A stretch of DNA of 64,000 nt from a virus (Duplodnaviria > Caudoviricetes), in IMG/VR virus record IMGVR_UViG_3300027808_002667, positions 16,300-80,299 of that record, one strand, 5' to 3'. Within the stretch, counting starts at the first letter, position 1. The number at the start of each line of letters is the position of its first letter. Shown here piece by piece: positions 9,792 to 19,246 of the stretch. The notes under the pieces were generated by a model, which saw only the letters and a program-made list of their open reading frames with translations, had not been told where the DNA came from and searched no databases. The translations under genes and the position numbers were made by a program.

Positions 9792-10964
9792 TTAGAATGG
9801 AATTTCGTCATCCACTTTAATTTCTGGGGGAAGTTGTGCTTCAACAACAACTTCAGGTGTACTCATTTTAACATACAAATCCATAAATGCAGTCTTTGTA
9901 TCGTCGTCAAACCTATTGATACAATAAGTAATTGCATCTTCTCTGTTATTAAAGATTGAATATGCCTGAACAATATTTACCAAACGACGTGTACTGATAA
10001 TCTCATCCACGCCACCTTCTTCAAAAGTTTTACGAATAACTTCTGCCCAGCTAATCAATTTGTCTGCAAATTCTGTATCCACTTTGCCAAAGAATTCCAT
10101 TTTGTTGGCAATGATCTTTTTCTCAGTTGCGGGCGACGGATATTCTTGTTCTACAGTAATTGGGAATCGCTCAAGGAACGCATCATCCAAAATCTGAGCT
10201 GCAATAAAACGACCGTCTTCTGTACCACGACCTTTAGTGTTAGCAGTTGCTACAATAGTGAAACCTTTTTCCGCATAGATCATTTCGCCTGTCTTTTTAT
10301 TGAAGTAAGGTTTGCCTTCTAGGATACTCTGCAAGCACATCATTTTATTTGAACCACGATCAATTTCGTCAATCAAAAGAATTGCGCCTCGGCGCATTGC
10401 CATTAGTACAGGGCCTTCACGATAAATTACATTACCGTCTTGCAAAGTATTGCCACCAATAAGATCATCCTCATCCGTTTCAATACTGATATTGACCCTA
10501 ATACATTCGCGGCCCAATTTAGCCGCAGCTTGTTCTACCATTGTTGTCTTGCCATTACCTGATAGACCAGTAACAAATACGGGGTAGAATGTCTTAGATT
10601 TTAAGATCATTTCCAATTGCTTAAAAAAGCCAAAAGGGACATAGGTATTATCTTTTGCTGGGATAGTACTATCAATTTCTACTGCTAATCGTTTTTTCAA
10701 TGGAATAATTTGAGCCTGCAATGCTGGGAAAACATCTTCAGATTGCATAGTCTCACCTTTTGTAGTTTCAAATATCTGGTTCAAATCATATTGACTTTTA
10801 CCAATTTTAATTTCTCGGCAGGCAACAATAAAGTGCGGATTAGGCAATTTATTAGTTTCACAATAAGAAAGAATTTGTTCTTTAGTTACAACTTTGCCAA
10901 ATTCGGCAATCAATTTAGCAACCAATTCTTTGCGCTGTTCTTCAGAATAATGAGATTTAGACAT
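9792..10964 (-). CDS. MoxR/CobS-like AAA+ ATPase
   Basis: Walker A GLSGNGKT, Walker B LLIDEID, ATANTKGRG and AFLERF; C-terminus DDEIPF. Confidence 0.9.
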   Translation of the reverse strand: MSKSHYSEEQRKELVAKLIAEFGKVVTKEQILSYCETNKLPNPHFIVACREIKIGKSQYDLNQIFETTKGETMQSEDVFPALQAQIIPLKKRLAVEIDSTIPAKDNTYVPFGFFKQLEMILKSKTFYPVFVTGLSGNGKTTMVEQAAAKLGRECIRVNISIETDEDDLIGGNTLQDGNVIYREGPVLMAMRRGAILLIDEIDRGSNKMMCLQSILEGKPYFNKKTGEMIYAEKGFTIVATANTKGRGTEDGRFIAAQILDDAFLERFPITVEQEYPSPATEKKIIANKMEFFGKVDTEFADKLISWAEVIRKTFEEGGVDEIISTRRLVNIVQAYSIFNNREDAITYCINRFDDDTKTAFMDLYVKMSTPEVVVEAQLPPEIKVDDEIPF

Positions 10965-10999
10965 GATATAAAGTTCCAATTAAGTTCAATTCACAATTA

Positions 11000-11028
11000 A
11001 TTATAACACCTTTTTAATTGCGTGTCAA
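11000..11028 (-). promoter_or_regulatory. Sigma70 consensus (early) promoter for the AAA ATPase
   Basis: TTGACA-cgcaattaaaaaggtgt(17)-TATAAT with an extended TG. Confidence 0.85.
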
Positions 11029-13283
11029 GCAATTTTATCAATAAATCTGCTCAAAAGCACACGATTCACACTCTTGCTTTTTTGCATTTTCATGAATGCT
11101 GTTTTCAATTCATTCCTTGAACTATTTGAATTGACATCCATTTTATCTTCTTTAATTTCCAAATCTTCACCGCCAGGAATAATATAATAATCGTCATAAC
11201 CCACATTATTCAACATAAAGAATTTAGTCTTTCTAAATGATTTAAATTTCTCATCGAAATCGATTATATGTGTACCCGATCTTTCAATCCTAGATAGAAT
11301 ATATCTTTTAACATGTTTAGCTTGCGGCGTAATAAAAAATCCAATTACATTTACTCCAGTAATATTTTTAAGCAAATTTAATAAACCAACTGTGAGATCA
11401 GCGCCTGGCGGTTTTTTGCCTTCAGTCATTGTACTAGTATCACGAATAATTACATTTGAGCTAAGAACATTATGGCTAGTTCCAATAAATGCTTCGCCAT
11501 TTGCTCTTTGTTTATCTATAATTGTATGGGTATCATTAGATTCGCCATCTGTTAAAAACACAGTATTAACTACATCTAATTTATATTTGTCTTTGAATTG
11601 TTTTACAATTGATACACTAGAAACAATTGCCTCATTTAAAGGTGTACCATTTAATACCTCAAATTCGCCCAATTTAAATTCGCGAGGAAGATTAACATCA
11701 CTTTCTTTATAATTCCAGCTACGATTAGCATGCAATTCGCCAACCAATAACCAATATTTAACTGCTTCTTTAAATTCTGTTCCAGACATTTCGCTTGAAA
11801 TATATTCTCTCAATCTAAATCCATTGGCATTCATAGATAGCTCTTTTTCATTTTCAGAAAACTTAGCATATTTTGGAGCAAGTTTAGGATTGTTTATATA
11901 CCTTGAAGTTGCCAAATACTCTCTATATTCTTCACTATTAGGATAGTTCATTTCTTCTACTAGATCATTTGACATCAAATCTGTAAAGGCGTATACTCGG
12001 AATGGAATATTTACTTTGCGGCAAAATGTCGCAAGTACTAGTGTTTGTTCAATAGTAGATTTAATATTATCTGTCATTGAACCAGAGTAATCGATAAACA
12101 TTAGTAAGCCATGAGATTTGCCTTTTGGCACAACTGTCATTCGACGAAACAGGTCATCGTTAAACTTATAACCAAATACTTTTTTCATATCTAGTTCACC
12201 AGTTTTAGACACACTTGCTCTCGCAAATTGACGAGCGTTTCGTTTAAGCTCAAATTCCTTAATTAGATAAGACACATACTTTTTATTTGTGTCATGAAAC
12301 CGTTTCAACAATTTTGTTTTAGACGTTTCAATAAGTGCCATTGCTTCTTCTTCGGTATATCCATATTCAGGCAAATCAGAATTTAACTTAATTGGATATT
12401 TAAAATCTTTATAATATTTTGCAATATTTTTATAAGGAACAATAATATTTTCTAATTTGGGAGTAGGCATATTAACATAGTAATATGGCTTTGTTTCATC
12501 GCTTAAAAAGTCTTTTTCGCGCTTCCGAAAATTTTTATCAGTAATAGACTCTGGTTCTAAATCGTTAAAATTATCTGGAGAGCCGGGTTTCCATCCACTA
12601 CGAGTGCCTTTACCATATTCGGTATCGCCGTCGTCCTCTTCTTCGCCATCATAATCATAATCATTGTCATCCTCGTCTTCATCATAGAATTGTTCTTCTA
12701 ATTCATCTCGCAACTCTTGTTTGCCGTTTTCAAATAAATCTTTGGCAATATTATATACATCTTCCCAAGTATCAAGTGTATCTAAACGATTTAAATACTC
12801 TTGTTCGTCAGAAGAAAATTGTACATTAAGATATGCACCAATTTTATAATGCAGATTAATTCTATCAATAAGTGGAAGCGTATCAATATCTAGTTCTCCA
12901 GAATTAACACCGAAGAAATCGTTATGCATGAGTTCAGAATAACCTTTGACAAAGGATGTTTTAAGCCCGGGAAATTTTCTTTGAATTAGCTTTTCGATTC
13001 GAACATCTTCAACGACATTCAAATAGGTCTTAAAACCTTTGCTAACATTTCCGGTAACAGCATCATGCCAACCTTCGGCAGGAGTAAAAAGAGCGTGACC
13101 TACTTCGTGACCCAATAACAGATCATTTAGAAATTCAGACATGGTCTTCCAAATAGGAAGTACCATTACTCTATTCTTAGTATCGAAATATGCGGTCGGG
13201 ACTTTACGATGCTCAATCGTAATATTCTCAGAAGCGAGAAGTTTTGCTAGAAGGGATTTTGAAGATTTAGATGTATTTAACAT
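11025..13283 (-). CDS. Metallopeptidase-like N-terminus plus VWA domain protein (MoxR partner, CobT-like)
   Basis: GHEVGHALFT (HExxH), an acidic linker, MIDAS FIDYSGSM, GTPLNEA and VFLTDGES. AGGAG RBS before the ATG at 13283. Confidence 0.8.
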   Translation of the reverse strand: MLNTSKSSKSLLAKLLASENITIEHRKVPTAYFDTKNRVMVLPIWKTMSEFLNDLLLGHEVGHALFTPAEGWHDAVTGNVSKGFKTYLNVVEDVRIEKLIQRKFPGLKTSFVKGYSELMHNDFFGVNSGELDIDTLPLIDRINLHYKIGAYLNVQFSSDEQEYLNRLDTLDTWEDVYNIAKDLFENGKQELRDELEEQFYDEDEDDNDYDYDGEEEDDGDTEYGKGTRSGWKPGSPDNFNDLEPESITDKNFRKREKDFLSDETKPYYYVNMPTPKLENIIVPYKNIAKYYKDFKYPIKLNSDLPEYGYTEEEAMALIETSKTKLLKRFHDTNKKYVSYLIKEFELKRNARQFARASVSKTGELDMKKVFGYKFNDDLFRRMTVVPKGKSHGLLMFIDYSGSMTDNIKSTIEQTLVLATFCRKVNIPFRVYAFTDLMSNDLVEEMNYPNSEEYREYLATSRYINNPKLAPKYAKFSENEKELSMNANGFRLREYISSEMSGTEFKEAVKYWLLVGELHANRSWNYKESDVNLPREFKLGEFEVLNGTPLNEAIVSSVSIVKQFKDKYKLDVVNTVFLTDGESNDTHTIIDKQRANGEAFIGTSHNVLSSNVIIRDTSTMTEGKKPPGADLTVGLLNLLKNITGVNVIGFFITPQAKHVKRYILSRIERSGTHIIDFDEKFKSFRKTKFFMLNNVGYDDYYIIPGGEDLEIKEDKMDVNSNSSRNELKTAFMKMQKSKSVNRVLLSRFIDKIA

Positions 13284-13308
13284 TAGGTACTCCTTGGGGA
13301 CATACCTT

Positions 13309-13337
13309 ATTATAACACCTTTAGGGGCAGTTGTCAA
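13309..13337 (-). promoter_or_regulatory. Sigma70 consensus (early) promoter for the VWA gene
   Basis: TTGACA-actgcccctaaaggtgt(17)-TATAAT; shares AAAGGTGTTATAAT with the promoter at 11000. Confidence 0.85.
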
Positions 13338-13367
13338 GCCCCCAGTAAGCCATATAGTATGTGGGGT

Positions 13368-13643
13368 CTAGGACCTCGTTATAGCCAAAATGCGTTCAAT
13401 TTGCTTTTCTATTAAAGGAATACGGTTTGGCCAATGGATGTAATCTTTATCGGGATTCTTCATCAAATTAACCAAAAGAGGCAGAATTAGCTTTTCAACG
13501 CTGGCAAGCTTCTCTTTAACTTTCGAATCAGCAGTTTGATTCGCTTCACTTATAAGTGGATCTGCAACATCCGACTCATGTACTGCCGTAAATCCGAAGT
13601 CGTTACTTAAATCTAAATATTCTGCAGGGATTTTACTTGACAT
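13368..13643 (-). CDS. Conserved hypothetical T4-like phage protein
   Basis: DFGFTAV...LILPLLVNLMKNPDKDYIHWPNR pattern. Confidence 0.6.
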   Translation of the reverse strand: MSSKIPAEYLDLSNDFGFTAVHESDVADPLISEANQTADSKVKEKLASVEKLILPLLVNLMKNPDKDYIHWPNRIPLIEKQIERILAITRS

Positions 13644-13644
13644 A

Positions 13645-14238
13645 TTATTTCCAGCGTGGGCCATGCACCCAACCTACTAGCGCCTTACGTTGGCCTTTAG
13701 TGATATGTTTTACATCATGTAATGTGTATGAAGGAAACAAAGTAATAGTTCCTTTTGTTTGTGGAATAGGAAACGGATTCTGTGATGTATGCAAACGAGT
13801 TTCGCCACCCTCATATTCGGAGGGGTCAGTTAATTGTAATGAAAAACTTAATTTTCTTGGGTACTGGCCTGGACCTTGATAATGATGATCGACGTGCGCG
13901 TCATAGAAATCGCCTTCATTGTAAACTGAATACTGAAGACCTTCAATGTTATGAAGTTCAAACCCAAACCATTTTTCATTTGCAGCTAAAATAACGTCTG
14001 TCAATTTTCTATATAACCAAGCGTTTTCTTCATTACCTGGAATCCATGCAATTTTTGTACTGCGAATAGTGGGATCAACTCTACCTTGTTCGTCAGGTCC
14101 ACCTCCAACATATGCCTGATCTAGTCCCGCTTTTTCGCCTGCTGCAATAATACCATTTACCATATCCTCATCAAAAACGCCTTCGTAATAAGCAAACGCA
14201 TTTACTGTATGTGTTGTTAGTTGCCATCCTAATGTCAT
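13645..14238 (-). CDS. 2OG-Fe(II) oxygenase (prolyl-hydroxylase-like)
   Basis: HVD (HxD), RKLS, YEGGE and LFPSYTLHDVKHITKGQRKALVGW. Confidence 0.9.
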   Translation of the reverse strand: MTLGWQLTTHTVNAFAYYEGVFDEDMVNGIIAAGEKAGLDQAYVGGGPDEQGRVDPTIRSTKIAWIPGNEENAWLYRKLTDVILAANEKWFGFELHNIEGLQYSVYNEGDFYDAHVDHHYQGPGQYPRKLSFSLQLTDPSEYEGGETRLHTSQNPFPIPQTKGTITLFPSYTLHDVKHITKGQRKALVGWVHGPRWK

Positions 14239-14247
14239 AATATTCCT

Positions 14248-15963
14248 TTAAGTATTAATTCTGGAAAAATTTTGGTGCTTTTCAAATTTAATAATGCTTC
14301 TAAATTTATCAAAAAGCAAATCACCTTTGTGACTAATAACGAATACATTAGTCTCTTCTCCCAATGTATTTATTAAGTTCATCACATAATCTGTGCCGTT
14401 AGCATCAAGAGATGAATCAAAAACCTCATCAAGTAACAGAAGGTTTGTGCTAGCACAATTCTTCATTTTAGCAATAGTTCTCCAGGTAAACAATAATGCC
14501 AAATCAATTCTTTGTTTTTCACCTTCACTGAATGAAGCATATGAAAATTCATCTCTGTGTCTAGATTTAATTGTCTCATTAAAAGTTTCATCCAATTCAA
14601 AGTGACAAAAGAAATCCATCGCAACAAGATATTTATTAACTAATTTATTGATGACGGGAAGATATTGTCTAATAATTTTAGTCTTAATACCTGTGTCTTT
14701 TAACAAAATGCTTGCAATATCTAAATAGTGTTTATCCTCCGACAATTTACTTTTTTCGCCCGCCGCAATAACAACTTCTTTGGCCAGCGCTTTAAGCTTC
14801 GTCTTCTCATCGTCAAGGTTTGCCGTATCATTAGTATTGCTTGCCAATTCTGTTTGCAATTTTTGTATATAACTCTGATTTGCAATGATTTTTGTGTTGA
14901 GCTCGATGATAGTGTCGGTATGTTCAGAGATTTTCTTTTCGATAGCAGCAATCGCATCAAGTCTAGTTTCAATATCTTGCAATTGAGTGGTAATGGTTTG
15001 AACTGCTGTCTCAACTTCTTCGAGTTTATGTGTATGAAGTGAGATCGCGGAGTGTTTGTGATCTGTGTCAAGACTTTGGCTACACGTCGGACATACATCG
15101 TGTTCGTGGTAAAATTGTATGCTACTTTCTTGAGTCTTAATTCTTTCGGAAAGTTTTCTAAGGAGTTCTCCCATCTCAGTACGCTTGTTACGTTTCTCAG
15201 CTGAGTCCGATATCGAGGATTTAAGATTACTTTCTTTTTGTTTTTGGATAAGCACTCTGTCATTAAACTGTGATATCTCTGTAGACGTTTCAGATATTCG
15301 TTTTTGTACATCATCTAATTTCTTTCTCTTGTCTTGTTCAAGCGTACCAATATACTGTTGTTGTATTTTAACCTTGCCCTTACCTAACTCAATAGAAGAA
15401 TCAATTTCAGATATTTTAATTTTAATGTCATTGACTTTATTTTTTAACACGCTATTCATTACTGTAAAGATTTGAATATCTAGAATGTCTTCAATAATTT
15501 CTCTACGATGTCCCAACGGCAATTGCATAAAGGGGGTAAAAGAGGCACTACCCAAAATTACAATTTGTGTAAAAGATTTATAGTTTAATTTTAAGACGGT
15601 ATCTTCAAGATACTTTTGATAGTCTTTAGAGGCCGCATCTTGATTCAACAAAATACCCTGGCAATGAATCTCAAAAATGCCAGGTTTAATTCCCCTAACA
15701 ATTTTATATTCTTTTTGTCCAATATCAAATTCAATTTCAACCTGTAGATTTTTGCCGTTAATGCTATTCATTAACTGAGGTTTATTGATGTTTCTAAATG
15801 GTTTGTTAAATAAGCAAAAACAAATAGCATCAAGTATGGTACTTTTACCAGCACCATTCTCGCCTACAATAAGTGTTGTGGATGTTTTATCTAATTTTAC
15901 TTCTGTAAATTGACCACCCGTAGATAAAAAATTCTTCCACCTTACAGCTTTAAATCTTATCAT
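14248..15963 (-). CDS. gp46: Recombination endonuclease subunit gp46 (SbcC/Rad50-like)
   Basis: GENGAGKST, CPTC zinc hook, FSEGEKQRIDLA and LLLDEVFDSSLD. Confidence 0.96.
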   Translation of the reverse strand: MIRFKAVRWKNFLSTGGQFTEVKLDKTSTTLIVGENGAGKSTILDAICFCLFNKPFRNINKPQLMNSINGKNLQVEIEFDIGQKEYKIVRGIKPGIFEIHCQGILLNQDAASKDYQKYLEDTVLKLNYKSFTQIVILGSASFTPFMQLPLGHRREIIEDILDIQIFTVMNSVLKNKVNDIKIKISEIDSSIELGKGKVKIQQQYIGTLEQDKRKKLDDVQKRISETSTEISQFNDRVLIQKQKESNLKSSISDSAEKRNKRTEMGELLRKLSERIKTQESSIQFYHEHDVCPTCSQSLDTDHKHSAISLHTHKLEEVETAVQTITTQLQDIETRLDAIAAIEKKISEHTDTIIELNTKIIANQSYIQKLQTELASNTNDTANLDDEKTKLKALAKEVVIAAGEKSKLSEDKHYLDIASILLKDTGIKTKIIRQYLPVINKLVNKYLVAMDFFCHFELDETFNETIKSRHRDEFSYASFSEGEKQRIDLALLFTWRTIAKMKNCASTNLLLLDEVFDSSLDANGTDYVMNLINTLGEETNVFVISHKGDLLFDKFRSIIKFEKHQNFSRINT

Positions 15964-17024
15964 ACTTCCTCATAATGTTGTGCTTCTACGTACAGCGTTT
16001 TCAAAATACTTTTGAGACGATCTTTATCAGAATCAGTATCAACGCTATCTACATAGTTAGATAATAATGTCATTGTGTCTTCTAAGTCAATAGATTCATC
16101 AAGAGCTTCAGATTCAAATTCTGAAAAGTCTTCAATAATTTTCAATTCTATTGGGTTCTGTTTATATATTGATTCTATAAATCCGTCAAATTTCACAAAA
16201 TCTTTTTTGTTAACTACAATAATTTTTATTAGCTTAGATGCGAATCTAGTAATATCAATGTTTGCTACATCTTCTTTTTCATCGTCGTAATAATACTTCT
16301 CAAAAATTGTAAAAGGATTTTTAACAAATTCCAATTCTTTAGTTTCGGTATCAAAGATATGGAATCCTCGATCATCGTCAAAATCATTCCAGAATAATTG
16401 ATAGGGGTTACCTAAATATTGAACATTGCCTTTACCGTGTTTGTGATGAAAATGTCCCGAGCAAACTAAATCAAAATTCTTAAAAATAATAGGATCCATA
16501 CCCGAATGATCTAGATGTGCATCTTGACCTTTAAACATCACAAACCCAGATAACTCCAAATGACCAAAGCATATTTTTGCTTTAGTATTTTTAATCATGT
16601 CAGATGCTTCTTGAAAATTATCTGCACATAACCAAGGCATCATCAAAATACTAGTACCATCAAAATCTAATTCAATAGGGCTATCCCAGGCATTTATATT
16701 TGTGTACTCGCCTAATAACAAATCTGGCGAATTTACATCATTGGTATTTTTAAAAAACGTATCATGATTACCTACAATCATATCCATTTTAATATTGCGA
16801 GTTTTTATTTCGTCAAAGAAATAATTTTTGCAAGACTTTAATGAATTGAAATTAATATACTTTCTACGATCAAAGCAATCGCCCAAGTGTATTACATTAG
16901 TAATACCTCGTTTGTCTAATTCCGGAAAGAATATTTCACTATAGAATTTTTTAAAAAATGCATCAAATGGTTGAGAGTCGGATCTTGCCCCAAAGTGTGT
17001 ATCAGTTACCAATGCTATCTTCAT
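15960..17024 (-). CDS. gp47: Recombination endonuclease subunit gp47 (SbcD/Mre11-like)
   Basis: DTHFG, HLGD.FD, VGNHD and SGHFH phosphoesterase motifs. Confidence 0.95.
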   Translation of the reverse strand: MKIALVTDTHFGARSDSQPFDAFFKKFYSEIFFPELDKRGITNVIHLGDCFDRRKYINFNSLKSCKNYFFDEIKTRNIKMDMIVGNHDTFFKNTNDVNSPDLLLGEYTNINAWDSPIELDFDGTSILMMPWLCADNFQEASDMIKNTKAKICFGHLELSGFVMFKGQDAHLDHSGMDPIIFKNFDLVCSGHFHHKHGKGNVQYLGNPYQLFWNDFDDDRGFHIFDTETKELEFVKNPFTIFEKYYYDDEKEDVANIDITRFASKLIKIIVVNKKDFVKFDGFIESIYKQNPIELKIIEDFSEFESEALDESIDLEDTMTLLSNYVDSVDTDSDKDRLKSILKTLYVEAQHYEEV

Positions 17025-17484
17025 CAATATACTCCCATGTTGAATCGCCTTTTTTCCTAACACTTGCGACATATGTTAAATGTTCGCCAGGCCCAGCGCA
17101 CCACTCAGTTGGACCAATGGGTGTTAGAATGTTTTTATCTTTATATGAATTAAAGTATATATGATATGCTTTACTATGTATAGTTCTTATACCATATTCT
17201 GCGGCATGCACTAATTCTGTTGCGTCTAGTCTACTAGCAAGTTGTTTTGCTTGTTCTTGTAAAATAGCAACCATTTCCATGATTCTATTATACTCTTGTT
17301 TAGCGTGTTCTTTTGCTACATTTAGATCTAAATCTTTTTGGTCTTGAACATTAACAGGAGCAAAAAAAGCAGCGCCAACTTCAACAGGATATTCACTAGA
17401 ACTACGATTAATGAAAGCAACTAATTGCCCGCCAATGACCGCATCTTTACTATTACGACCTTTTAAAACATTACTTTCTTTCAT
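17002..17484 (-). CDS. DUF2452-like protein
   Basis: YPVEVGA..FAPV, AKQEYNRIME...QA and YHIY pattern. Confidence 0.6.
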   Translation of the reverse strand: MKESNVLKGRNSKDAVIGGQLVAFINRSSSEYPVEVGAAFFAPVNVQDQKDLDLNVAKEHAKQEYNRIMEMVAILQEQAKQLASRLDATELVHAAEYGIRTIHSKAYHIYFNSYKDKNILTPIGPTEWCAGPGEHLTYVASVRKKGDSTWEYIDEDSIGN

Positions 17485-17932
17485 ATTTTCCTTCTAGGTA
17501 TTTTTCATTTTCTACCCATTTATTATCAACCAAGAAACCCCATTCTCTTGTTTGCTTACCAGGCATAAACAATGTCCAACATTCGATAGCTGGATCTAAT
17601 TCTATACGATGATATGAATTAGCACTGCAAGTCCTAAAATGCCCCGGTTTTCTCCAACTAGCAACTTCACTAATTTTCTTATTGTTATCATCAAAAATAG
17701 GTACCCACTCGTAGTATCCACCTTTAAGTATTAGTGTTGTATAAGACCAAGGGTGATCGTGAACATCATCAGGATCACCTTTTAAAAATTTGTGTAGAAA
17801 AATGTTAAACGGAAACTTTTTTCTATCTTTGAGAAAAAGATAATAGCGTTCAAGATATGGTTCGTTATTTACACGATCCATAATAATTCTTTTTCTGTCT
17901 AATTTTTCTAAAATATTCAAAAACCATTTCAT
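17471..17932 (-). CDS. Cupin-like protein
   Basis: LHKFLKGDPDDVHDHPW and LKGGYYE...YHRIEL metal-binding double-stranded beta-helix pattern. Confidence 0.6.
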   Translation of the reverse strand: MKWFLNILEKLDRKRIIMDRVNNEPYLERYYLFLKDRKKFPFNIFLHKFLKGDPDDVHDHPWSYTTLILKGGYYEWVPIFDDNNKKISEVASWRKPGHFRTCSANSYHRIELDPAIECWTLFMPGKQTREWGFLVDNKWVENEKYLEGKYERK

Positions 17933-17954
17933 ATTAAATCTCACTATTTATTCA

Positions 17955-18644
17955 TTATTTTCTATCACCAAACAGTTGTAATAGATTAATAAACAAATTG
18001 ATAAAGTCCATATATAAAGTCAATGCTCCACGTACCTCTGCGCTATCGCTAGTTTCTATACTGAGTTCTTCTCGAATCTTCTGTGTGTCGTATGCTGTCA
18101 ATCCGAGGAAGATAATAATTGCCAATGCACTAATAACCATTTGCATTACAGTACTACCGATAAAGATATTAACGATACTAGCAATAATGATAGCAATCAA
18201 TCCAACAAACATAAATTTACCAAGACTATCTAGACTTTGTTTAGTAAAATAACCATATCCACTCATAACACCAAACAGCACTGCCGCACCCATAAAAGCA
18301 CTAACAATACTTCCCATGGTGAACACAGCAAAGATCATTGCAAAGCTTAATCCCATCAATGACGCAAAGCCATGTAGGCAAAGTTGCGCAACACTTTTAC
18401 TCGGATTTTTACCTAACACATAGCTAACACCAAAGATTGCTGCAAGTGGGGCAAAGATCACAATCCACTTTAATACACCCGTAAAAAAGAATTGTAGTAA
18501 CTCTGGACTAGTGCCTACAAAGTAACTGACAAACATTGATACAATAACAGCAAGACTCATATGCCCGTAGACACGACCCATTGCTGAGTTAATTTCGCTT
18601 GCAGAGCGATATGATATTCCGCCTGTGTAATTTGTTCCAAACAT
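17955..18644 (-). CDS. Bax inhibitor-1/YccA family membrane protein
   Basis: About 7 hydrophobic segments, GLTAYDTQKI and ALTLYMDFINLF. Confidence 0.92.
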   Translation of the reverse strand: MFGTNYTGGISYRSASEINSAMGRVYGHMSLAVIVSMFVSYFVGTSPELLQFFFTGVLKWIVIFAPLAAIFGVSYVLGKNPSKSVAQLCLHGFASLMGLSFAMIFAVFTMGSIVSAFMGAAVLFGVMSGYGYFTKQSLDSLGKFMFVGLIAIIIASIVNIFIGSTVMQMVISALAIIIFLGLTAYDTQKIREELSIETSDSAEVRGALTLYMDFINLFINLLQLFGDRK

Positions 18645-18654
18645 TTTTGTTCCT

Positions 18655-19239
18655 TTAAATATCTTTTAATAAAAACCCTAACCTATCTCCAGCAGCGCTG
18701 GGATAGAACTCATCCTTCCAAACCGGTATAATTGTATTAGCTTCATGATTGGAAAAATCATCGTTGTATCTAAAATGTACTTCAATTATCTTATCCCCTA
18801 TCACCTCTACATTAAACCAAGGATATCTATCTGCAATGTCTTGTAGTATTTTGGGAAGTTTAAAAGCTTCCTCAATCTTTGTCCATCGACTAAATCTATC
18901 TAATCGTAATGGATCGTTCCTAAAACCCTCAACTGCTAGCACTTGCTTACCCCTAAAATAATCAAAACTAAGATGGCGTCCGGTAAATACTTCACACCAA
19001 AAATAGCCATCTGGTATTGAATCTGAGTCTAGGTATTGAATACTTGCACCCTTAGACATCATCTTTAGATTCATAATAGGTCTCACCGCATACTGACCGG
19101 GATAGGGAGGAACGATGCCGGCAGGACCACATTTGTATCCTAGCTTCTTTGATAAGATTAATTTATCTACACACCAAAGATCATCGAATGATATTTTTTC
19201 AAATACATCTACATCGCCAAGTTGAGGTACGTAAGTCAT
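18655..19239 (-). CDS. Conserved phage protein, possibly ATP-grasp-like
   Basis: DKLILSKKLGYKCGPAG, VRPIMNL, FWCEVFTGRHLSFDY and NVEVIGDKIIEVHFR. The fold assignment is tentative. Confidence 0.4.
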   Translation of the reverse strand: MTYVPQLGDVDVFEKISFDDLWCVDKLILSKKLGYKCGPAGIVPPYPGQYAVRPIMNLKMMSKGASIQYLDSDSIPDGYFWCEVFTGRHLSFDYFRGKQVLAVEGFRNDPLRLDRFSRWTKIEEAFKLPKILQDIADRYPWFNVEVIGDKIIEVHFRYNDDFSNHEANTIIPVWKDEFYPSAAGDRLGFLLKDI

Positions 19240-19246
19240 TTATATA

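Noticed and set aside
9792-13283. Annotation as cobalamin cobaltochelatase CobS/CobT auxiliary metabolic genes
   Set aside because: No other cobalamin genes are present. The motifs fit a generic MoxR AAA+/VWA pair with a metalloprotease domain.
13338-13367. Possible CCCCA...TGGGG hairpin upstream of the VWA promoter
   Set aside because: Short stem with a long loop and no U-tract; too weak to call a terminator.
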